Assembly (NCBI RefSeq): GCF_017592335.1
Contig: NZ_JACNMP010000002.1
Coordinates: 145,973 to 209,972 of the forward strand
Length of the DNA: 64,000 bases
Reading direction: 5' to 3'
DNA from: Pseudaestuariivita rosea
Lineage (GTDB): Bacteria; Pseudomonadota; Alphaproteobacteria; Rhodobacterales; Rhodobacteraceae
Shown here piece by piece: positions 58,201 through 64,000 of this stretch. Both the position numbers and the translations under genes were made by a program. Below the pieces are notes generated by a model. That model ran no database searches. It had not been told where the DNA came from and saw only the letters and a program-made list of their open reading frames with translations. Position 1 is the first letter of the stretch, and every line of letters begins with the position of its first letter.

Positions 58201-58693
58201 CCAGAATCCTGCGGCGCGCTTTCGGTTTCGAGTTGATCAGCTCACTGATCTGACCCTGGCGCACAAGCGCCGGCGAATGCGCCCCGGTCGAGGCATCGGC
58301 AAACAGCATCTGCACATCGCGTGCGCGTACGTCCTTGGTATTGGCCTTATAGGCGCTGCCCACGTCGCGGGTGATGCGGCGAACGATTTCCAGCGTGTCG
58401 TTGTCGTTGAACCCCGGCGGCGCCAGACGTTCGCCATTGTCGATGATCAGACTGACCTCGGCAAAGTTGCGGGCAGGTCGCGTGGCCGCACCGGCAAAGA
58501 TCACATCCTCCATCCCGCCGCCGCGCATCGCTGTGGGTCGGTTTTCACCCATGACCCACCGCAGCGCTTCCAGCAGGTTTGACTTGCCGCAGCCATTGGG
58601 GCCCACAACACCCGTCAGCCCGTCCGCGATCACCAGATCGGTCGGGTCAACAAAGCTTTTAAAGCCATTCAAGCGTAGCCGCGAAAACCGCAA
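55238..58693 (-). CDS. smc: chromosome segregation protein SMC
   Basis: 1151 aa. N-terminal Walker A GPNGCGKSNLLEALRWV, long coiled coils, and a C-terminal signature LSGGEQTLTALALIFAVF with Walker B. Confidence 0.95.
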   Translation of the reverse strand: MRFSRLRLNGFKSFVDPTDLVIADGLTGVVGPNGCGKSNLLEALRWVMGENRPTAMRGGGMEDVIFAGAATRPARNFAEVSLIIDNGERLAPPGFNDNDTLEIVRRITRDVGSAYKANTKDVRARDVQMLFADASTGAHSPALVRQGQISELINSKPKARRRILEEAAGISGLYQRRHEAELKLKGAETNLARVDDVIEQLANQLAQLARQARQAARYRDIGGQLRRAEGLLLYRRWKEADEACAMAMAELTDRTKAAAQAEGAARQAAKLRAERDTGLPPLREEEAIAAAVLQRLQVQRDTLNDQEARALQTIETLQSRIDQLAHDMEREAGLNHDAGETISRLEWEAQEIEKASTGHDEKLEAAAQEARDGAAILQEREAALTQMTEDVARLAARHQSAHRLLDDSRKTLEKNEAEATKACDAVTAAEEALAKASTDYDAAAGAEGAAQQAVADADEALVKAEAERAEVQTQETAARATKSEADGEVNALRAEVSALSKLVAREASDAGQLLDALSVTPGYEKALGAALADDLKAPAVGADAPSGWAQLPAYPAPQSLPNGAAALSDHVTAPDVLSRRLGQIGLVDAADGSRLQADLQPGQRLVSMDGDLWRWDGFRAAAEDAPSAAALRLQQLNRLDELKQQMAEAEAKADEARQAHEALTQKLKALTDADQAARQARRDADRQLADANRALSRAEADKSIASGKLESLGLAVKRYEDEATAARQRLVEAERGVADLEDLDAARHAVEDIKMTVEAARMTMMAKRSAHDELRREGDARLKRRQEIIKEISGWKHRLETAEKRSKELSERKAQSEQELKEATAAPDEIAAKRAELADAIDQAETRRRAAADKLAEAETALREAEQGERDAERAASEAREARARAEARADAAKETVTYAAERIAEEQETTPDQLLETLDADPDKMPAAETIEADVNRLKRQRDALGAVNLRAEEDAKEVQEEHDMLVGEKADLEEAIKTLRAGIASLNREGRERLLTAFEQVNTNFGLLFTHLFGGGEAKLVLVESDDPLEAGLEIMCQPPGKKLSTLSLLSGGEQTLTALALIFAVFLANPAPICVLDEVDAPLDDANVTRFCDLLDEMTRRTNTRFLIITHHAVTMSRMDRLFGVTMGEQGVSQLVSVDLKKAETLVA

Positions 58694-58855
58694 TGATGTG
58701 TCCTGCTCTGATTCTGCCTTTGAACAAAGTGGACCTTATGGCGGGCGTCACTGTCAACGGGCCTGCGCAGCATGTGGCCTGTTTGCCCGAGTTATCCACA
58801 AGATATTGCGTTTTGCCGCGCTTGAAGGACAAAATGATTGGGTTTATCCGGGGGT

Positions 58856-59308
58856 ATGACCGTGACCATTGCTATCGAATCGCCCCTGACAGACGATGCC
58901 GCAGACCTGATCGTAGGCAGCGAAGCCGCCCTGCGCGCGGTCTATACCGAAGATGAGTGCTTTACCTTCACCGCTGACGAACTGGCACGACCCGGGATTT
59001 CGTTTTTCGTGGCCCGGACAGACGGCGTTCCGTTAGGCTGCGTCGCCCTTTGCGCATATGACGACTACGCCGAAATCAAGCGCCTTTACGTCGACCCAAA
59101 GGGGCGCGGCCAGGGCGTCGCACGGGCCCTGATAGCCCATCTGGAACAGGTCGCCAGACAATCGGGCCTGTCTGCGGTCAAACTGGAAACCGGCGACAAA
59201 CTCTCTGCTGCCGTAAAGTTGTACAGTGATCTTGGCTATCACCACTGCGGCCCCTTCGGCGAATACAAAGAACACCCCGCCAGCCTGTTCATGACCAAGA
59301 ATATATAG
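58856..59308 (+). CDS. GNAT family N-acetyltransferase
   Basis: 150 aa with an acetyl-CoA motif (RLYVDPKGRGQGVARALIAHLE). ATG at 58856; the track start at 58838 is a TTG. Confidence 0.8.
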   Translation: MTVTIAIESPLTDDAADLIVGSEAALRAVYTEDECFTFTADELARPGISFFVARTDGVPLGCVALCAYDDYAEIKRLYVDPKGRGQGVARALIAHLEQVARQSGLSAVKLETGDKLSAAVKLYSDLGYHHCGPFGEYKEHPASLFMTKNI

Positions 59309-59628
59309 TCGCCAATACGAACAGCCGACGCGTATTCAGCGGCACTAAATCTAAAAAACACATCGACCAGCCCATACGCTAGGGGTCTCAGATCTTTGAT
59401 TATTGCCGCTATATGCACCAGCCAACAATCGAGCGCCATGTCCAGACTTCCAGCATATCTGCCCCAGTCCGAAGTCACAGTCCGTGGGACAAAACGAGCG
59501 TCCGTGACCGCAATTTGAACGGCAGCTTTGGACGCGTGATCAAGGGATGTTATTTGTGTCCTTCGTCAGATAATTTAGGACAGCTGAGCGTTTTTTGATT
59601 GGAGGCTCTTGCTCGTCCTTAATTGAGT

Positions 59629-59830
59629 TTATGCGTTTTCAGTTTTGTGGCGCAAGCGCCGTTTATTCATGGTTTTTCGTTTGATCTCCTCTCTCTTTTT
59701 CCGGATTTGCTCTGCGCGCCCAAAGTAGAGGTCAGCGGGCGTCAGGTTGCCCAAGCTCTCGTGGTATTTGTGGTTGCTGTAGTATCTGACGAAGTCGTCG
59801 ATCTGACGGTCCCGCAGGATCATCGGGCGG
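59629..59830 (-). mobile_element. IS3-family transposase (OrfB integrase core) C-terminal remnant
   Basis: ILRDRQIDDFVRYYSNHKYHESLGNLTPADLYFGRAEQIRKKREEIK matches the C-terminal end of an IS3-family OrfB (consensus YNxxRxHxxLGxxTPxE). No N-terminal portion and no terminal inverted repeats are present, so this is a fragment. Confidence 0.6.
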
Positions 59831-59834
59831 GCGC

Positions 59835-59880
59835 GATGACGGCATTTGTTGACGAATGATGACGGCATTTGTTGACGAAT
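59835..59880. repeat. perfect 23-bp tandem duplication (GATGACGGCATTTGTTGACGAAT x2)
   Basis: Read directly from the sequence at the junction between the IS3 remnant and the truncated NmrA-like fragment. Confidence 0.85.
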
Positions 59881-60155
59881 GGGTGTCGATCGCCACAGAC
59901 GGCGGAATTGGCCGCATTGTGCTGAACATCGGTGGCACCCCTGGCCCGGCGACGGCACATCCGTTTTTTGCCGAACTGCATGCGATGCAGGACCGTGTTT
60001 CTCAAAGCGGCCTGCCTTATGTGATTTTGCAACCCACGGTCTATCTGGCCGCGCCCTGGGCTGCGGAAGGGTTGGCGGCGGGTGTGACGGGGCCGATACA
60101 GCCCCGCCGTTTCTTGATTAGTTATTCCAGGATTCGATCAGTTCGTCATAGTTGA
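59856..60155 (+). pseudogene. truncated NmrA-like / NAD(P)-binding protein fragment
   Basis: Only a middle portion remains (GRIVLNIGGTPGP...SGLPYVILQPTVYL, compare the NmrA-type SGLPxTILRP motif). There is no N-terminal Rossmann motif, and the 3' end runs into the SBP gene. Confidence 0.4.
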
Positions 60156-61836
60156 CGGTGACTGGCTGAGGATCTTCGTTCTCAAGCTGCGCTTTTGGCG
60201 CGCCGGGCTGACTAAGCCAGTATTCGGCATCCCGCTCTTCGTTCAACCGTGGGCCGAGGTCGCCCTGGACACCGGCGCGTTCAAGACGTTGCAGAACACG
60301 TTCCTGCTGTGCGCAAAGGCTATCCAAGGCCTCTTGAGCAGACTTGGCACCCGAAGACGCATCACCGATGTTCTGCCACCAAAGCTGCGCCAGCTTCGGA
60401 TAGTCAGGCACGTTTGTCCCGGTGGGGGACCATCGCACGCGCGCGGGTGAGCGGTAGAATTCGACCAGCCCACCCAGTTTCGGTGCACGTTCGGTGAAGC
60501 TGTCGTGCTGGATCGTCGATTCACGCACAAAGGTCAGACCGGTGTGGGATTTCTTCAGATCCACCGTCTTCGAGCTGACGAATTGTGCATAAAGCCAGGC
60601 AGCTTTAGCGCGGTCGACGGGCGTTGACTGCATCAGTGTCCAGGACCCGGCGTCCTGATAACCGACCTTCATGCCCTCTTCCCAATAGGCACCATGGGGG
60701 CTGGGGGCCATACGCCAACGTGGCGTACCATCATCGTTCAGCACGGCCGCAGCCCCTTCGCCCACCATATCGGCGGTAAAGGCGGTGTACCAGAACATCT
60801 GCTGTGCCACGTTACCTTGTGCGGGGATCGGGCCAGCCTCGGAAAACGTCATGCCCTGTGCCGTGGGGGGGGCGTATTGTGTCAGCCAATCGACATATTT
60901 CTCGATCGCATAGACCGCCGCGGGTGAATTGGTGGCCCCGCCCCGCGCGACACATGATCCGACAGGCTGTGAGTTTTCATTCACGCGGATGCCCCATTCA
61001 TCGACCGGCAGACCGTTGGGTTCGCCTTTGTCGCCCATACCAGCCATCGACATCCAGGCATCGGTAAAGCGCCAGCCCAGACTTGGGTCTTTCTTGCCAT
61101 AGTCCATGTGGCCATAGACCGGGCCGCTGACGCCCATGTGGCTTAGGTCACGACCGGTGAAGAATTCGGCGATATCCTCATAAGCGGACCAGTTATCAGG
61201 CACACCCAGTTCATAGCCATAAGCTGCCTGGAAATCGGCCATGTTCTTTTCATCGGTGAACCAGTCATAGCGGAACCAGTAAAGGTTCGCGAATTGCTGA
61301 GTCGGCAGCTGATATAGCTTGCCATCGGGGCCGGTTGTGAACTGGGTACCAATAAAGTCGTCGATATCCAGTGTCGGCAGCGTGACATCTGCGCCCTCAC
61401 CCGCCATCCAGTCGGTCAGGTTGCGCACCTGCTGATAGCGCCAGTGGGTGCCGATCAGGTCACTGTCGTTGATATAGGCGTCATAGATGTTTTCGCCCGA
61501 CTGCATCTGGGTTTGCAGTTTTTCGACCACGTCCCCTTCGCCGATCAGATCGTGTGTGACCTGAATGCCGGTGATCGCGGTAAACGCGGGCGCCAACACT
61601 TTGGATTCGAATTCGTGGGTCGTGATGGTTTCAGACACCACGTTGATTTCCATGCCCTGAAACGGTTGCGCGGCATTGATGAACCACTGCATCTCGGCCT
61701 CTTGATCCGCGCGGGACAGAACGGACAGATCACCGATCTGTTCATCCAGAAACGCGCGTGCCGCGTCCATGTCGGCAAAGGCTGGCCCTGCACATATCAG
61801 CAGTGCCGCCGTTGTTGTTTTAAGGTATCGGTTCAT
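60118..61836 (-). CDS. ABC transporter substrate-binding protein (large, family-1 type, carbohydrate-type)
   Basis: 572 aa. Signal peptide MNRYLKTTTAALLICAGPAFA. It lies downstream of two MalFG-like permeases and a DUF2160 gene. Confidence 0.85.
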   Translation of the reverse strand: MNRYLKTTTAALLICAGPAFADMDAARAFLDEQIGDLSVLSRADQEAEMQWFINAAQPFQGMEINVVSETITTHEFESKVLAPAFTAITGIQVTHDLIGEGDVVEKLQTQMQSGENIYDAYINDSDLIGTHWRYQQVRNLTDWMAGEGADVTLPTLDIDDFIGTQFTTGPDGKLYQLPTQQFANLYWFRYDWFTDEKNMADFQAAYGYELGVPDNWSAYEDIAEFFTGRDLSHMGVSGPVYGHMDYGKKDPSLGWRFTDAWMSMAGMGDKGEPNGLPVDEWGIRVNENSQPVGSCVARGGATNSPAAVYAIEKYVDWLTQYAPPTAQGMTFSEAGPIPAQGNVAQQMFWYTAFTADMVGEGAAAVLNDDGTPRWRMAPSPHGAYWEEGMKVGYQDAGSWTLMQSTPVDRAKAAWLYAQFVSSKTVDLKKSHTGLTFVRESTIQHDSFTERAPKLGGLVEFYRSPARVRWSPTGTNVPDYPKLAQLWWQNIGDASSGAKSAQEALDSLCAQQERVLQRLERAGVQGDLGPRLNEERDAEYWLSQPGAPKAQLENEDPQPVTVNYDELIESWNN

Positions 61837-61874
61837 AGTTTCCTCCCATTTTATTGAACCATCTTATTCATGCG

Positions 61875-62147
61875 TCAGACCCAACGGAAAACGGCAGCCG
61901 CATAGGCCAGGCAAATGCCAAGTGCTGCCCATTGGGTTATGTCGGTCAGCCCCAGCCAGGCCAGGTTGATAAAGGCCGAGCCAAGCAGAGTGATAAACAG
62001 CCGATCGCCGCGCGTCGTCTCGATCCCCAGAACCCCGACCCGAGGCGTTTCGGGAAACTTGATCGCCAGGATCGTGAAGGTGATCAGAAGCGAGGCGATG
62101 ATCACAAAGAACACTGCTGTAGGCCAGGTCCATGCCATCCAGTCCAT
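61875..62147 (-). CDS. DUF2160 small membrane protein
   Basis: 90 aa with two transmembrane helices. DUF2160 is characteristically embedded in this type of sugar ABC operon. Confidence 0.65.
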   Translation of the reverse strand: MDWMAWTWPTAVFFVIIASLLITFTILAIKFPETPRVGVLGIETTRGDRLFITLLGSAFINLAWLGLTDITQWAALGICLAYAAAVFRWV

Positions 62148-62497
62148 TAGTCTCCTCCTGCGGTTTTTGGGAACGGTTTGTGTTCAATCAAAGCCCAAAC
62201 GTCGCTCTTTAGCGTGCTTCCTCTTGCGCCAATCTCAATTAGAAGGCGCTTTGTTTCTTCTTCAGACGCTCCGACAATTCTCTGTAGAGTATTTATATCC
62301 CTCCAGTCCGTACCTTTTGGCATATGCTCGGGGTTGAGCATGAATCGAAGTATCTCTTTCCGTTTATTATCAAGCTTTCGCTTTGGAGCGTCTTTAAAAT
62401 GGATGACTGCAAATTGACCCCCAATGGCGATACTTCCTCCAATAACAGAAGAAACGAGCGGGATTATCCACGCAAGATTGAAAGCATCTCCCATCAC
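62147..62497 (-). CDS. hypothetical protein (N-terminal transmembrane helix), AT-rich insert
   Basis: 116 aa. The region is about 42-45% GC against about 60% in its neighbours. Start and stop overlap the flanking operon genes (ATGA-type coupling). Confidence 0.5.
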   Translation of the reverse strand: MMGDAFNLAWIIPLVSSVIGGSIAIGGQFAVIHFKDAPKRKLDNKRKEILRFMLNPEHMPKGTDWRDINTLQRIVGASEEETKRLLIEIGARGSTLKSDVWALIEHKPFPKTAGGD

Positions 62498-63351
62498 ACC
62501 CTCCCCAAGGCAAAGCCTTTAGCAATGTAGTTGCGGACGAAATAGATCACCAAGGCCCCCGGCACGATGGTCAGCACGCCTGCGGCGGCCAGAACGCCCC
62601 AGTCCAGGCCGCTGGCCGACACCGTGCGGGTCATGGTTGATGCGATGGGTTTGGCATCCACACTGGTCAGCGTTCGTGACAACAGCAGCTCCACCCACGA
62701 AAACATGAAACAGAAAAACGCCGCGACCCCGATGCCGCTGGCGATCAGGGGCATGAAGATCTTCACAAAGAAATGCGGGAAGGAATAGCCGTCGATATAG
62801 GCGGTTTCGTCAATCTCTTTCGGGACGCCGCGCATGAAACCTTCCAGTATCCACACGGCCAGCGGCACGTTGAACAGACAATGCGCCAGCGCGACGGCGA
62901 TGTGGGTGTCGAACAGACCGACCGAGGAATAAAGCTGAAAGAACGGCAGCGCAAACACAGCGGGTGGCGCCATCCGGTTGGTCAGCAGCCAGAAGAACAG
63001 ATGCTTGTCGCCCATAAACCGATACCGGCTAAAGGCATAGGCCGCTGGCAGCGCCACCGTGACCGAGATGACCGTATTCATCACCACATAGATCAGCGAA
63101 TTGACATACCCCATGTACCAGCTTGGATCGGTCAGGATGGTGACATAGTTCTGAAACGTCAGATTGCGTGGCCAAAGGGAAAAGGCGCCCAGGATTTCGG
63201 CATTGGTCTTCAGGCTCATGTTGATCAGCCAATAGATCGGCAGTAGCATGAAGATCAGATAAAGCGTCATGACAATGGCCGAACCCTTGACCCGAATGCG
63301 GGGCCGCGCGCGATCTGCGGCGGGGGCAAGCGTGGTGGTTGCGTCTGTCAT
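62494..63351 (-). CDS. ABC transporter permease (MalG/UgpE-like)
   Basis: 285 aa, six transmembrane helices, and an EAA-type loop. Confidence 0.9.
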   Translation of the reverse strand: MTDATTTLAPAADRARPRIRVKGSAIVMTLYLIFMLLPIYWLINMSLKTNAEILGAFSLWPRNLTFQNYVTILTDPSWYMGYVNSLIYVVMNTVISVTVALPAAYAFSRYRFMGDKHLFFWLLTNRMAPPAVFALPFFQLYSSVGLFDTHIAVALAHCLFNVPLAVWILEGFMRGVPKEIDETAYIDGYSFPHFFVKIFMPLIASGIGVAAFFCFMFSWVELLLSRTLTSVDAKPIASTMTRTVSASGLDWGVLAAAGVLTIVPGALVIYFVRNYIAKGFALGRV

Positions 63352-63354
63352 CTC

Positions 63355-64000
63355 TTATCCCTCCCGCCGGTCAAGATTGGTCATGACGGTATAGAACACC
63401 CATGAAATCAACAGGATCACCAGGAAATACATCAGCGAAAACGCCGCCGCCGGTCCCAGATCAAACTGCCCGGTTGCCATTTTGACCAGATCGATTGACA
63501 GGAAGGTCGTGGCGTTGCCAGGGCCCCCGCCTGTGACAACGAACGGTTCGGTATAGATCATGAAACTGTCCATGAACCGCAAAAGGATCGCGATCATCAA
63601 AACACCCGCCATCTTGGGCAGTTCGATATAGCGAAAGACGCTCCAACGGCTGGCCTGATCGATTTTCGCGGCTTGATAATAGGCGTCGGGGATGGATTGC
63701 AGACCAGCATAGGCCAGCAGCGCCACAAGCGACGTCCAGTGCCAGACATCCATCACAATCACGGTGATCCAGGCGTCCAGCGCGTCATTTGTGTAGTTAT
63801 AATCGACACCGATCGCCTTAAGCGTATAACCTAATAGACCGATGTCGACGCGCCCAAAAATCTGCCAGATCGTGCCCACGACATTCCACGGGATGAGCAA
63901 CGGCAACGACATCAGCACAAGGCAGAACGATGCCCAGAACCCGCGTTTGGGCATGTTCAAGGCGATAAAGATGCCAAGCGGAATTTCAATGGCCAGAATG
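63355..64000 (-). CDS. ABC transporter permease (MalF/UgpA-like), 5' end outside the window
   Basis: EAA motif YYQAAKIDQASRWSVFRYIELPKMAGVL. The reading frame stays open from 63960 to the window edge (..ILAIEIPLGIFIALNMPKRG..), so the gene is truncated by the window. Confidence 0.85.
   Translation of the reverse strand, partial: ILAIEIPLGIFIALNMPKRGFWASFCLVLMSLPLLIPWNVVGTIWQIFGRVDIGLLGYTLKAIGVDYNYTNDALDAWITVIVMDVWHWTSLVALLAYAGLQSIPDAYYQAAKIDQASRWSVFRYIELPKMAGVLMIAILLRFMDSFMIYTEPFVVTGGGPGNATTFLSIDLVKMATGQFDLGPAAAFSLMYFLVILLISWVFYTVMTNLDRREG

Noticed and set aside
55305-58582. Multiple 85-239-aa ORFs inside or antisense to smc
   Set aside because: Low-complexity Ala/Arg/Pro-rich frames within a 3.4-kb coiled-coil gene. 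These are spurious.
1-64000. CRISPR arrays, rRNA operons, integron attC or attI sites, and intact prophage
   Set aside because: I found no regularly spaced direct repeats, no rRNA-like conserved blocks, and no integrase, capsid or terminase genes. The only mobile DNA is a short IS3 remnant.

Overview
This window is about 60% GC and reads as a chromosomal segment of an alphaproteobacterium, probably a Rhodobacteraceae-type genome. It is dominated by conserved housekeeping gene clusters: erpA-dgt; argS, a SPOR-domain gene, nagZ, scpA and scpB; purC, purS and purQ; a dctB/dctD-like two-component pair; rne; suhB and an M20 peptidase; gltA, gltX and comEC; a DUF1800/DUF1501 pair; mce with a DUF1467 gene; the rpoE-chrR singlet-oxygen sigma/anti-sigma pair with a divergent ufaD/ufaO-like operon (FAD oxidoreductase, DUF1365, MFS, DUF3833, SDR); smc; and a sugar-type ABC transporter with a DUF2160 gene. 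I found no rRNA genes, no CRISPR array, no intact prophage or integron, and no convincing functional tRNA. I did not find a clear-cut new system (defence island, secretion system or toxin cassette). What I can support is listed as numbered observations: (1) a 272-bp element bounded by 29-bp near-perfect inverted repeats that covers the ribosome-binding site of a small basic ORF just after scpB; (2) a GC-rich multi-hairpin repeat present twice in opposite orientation, each about 40 nt after a stop codon; (3) a family of GTCCCGG...CCGGGAC hairpins placed right after stop codons; (4) a degenerate tRNA-like element inside a 786-bp GC-rich gap with no coding signal; (5) an AT-rich islet carrying an unannotated 58-aa single-helix ORF with its own rho-independent terminator; (6) an AT-rich 116-aa gene wedged into the ABC operon; (7) an IS3 transposase remnant with a 23-bp tandem duplication and a truncated NmrA-like gene; (8) an NtrC-family activator that has lost the sigma-54 contact motif GAFTGA; (9) a pur operon interrupted by an RraB-like gene and a zinc alcohol dehydrogenase; and (10) a 22-bp-stem hairpin with pseudoknot potential in a 560-bp AT-rich spacer. 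Coordinates I derived by hand are approximate to within 1-2 nt.
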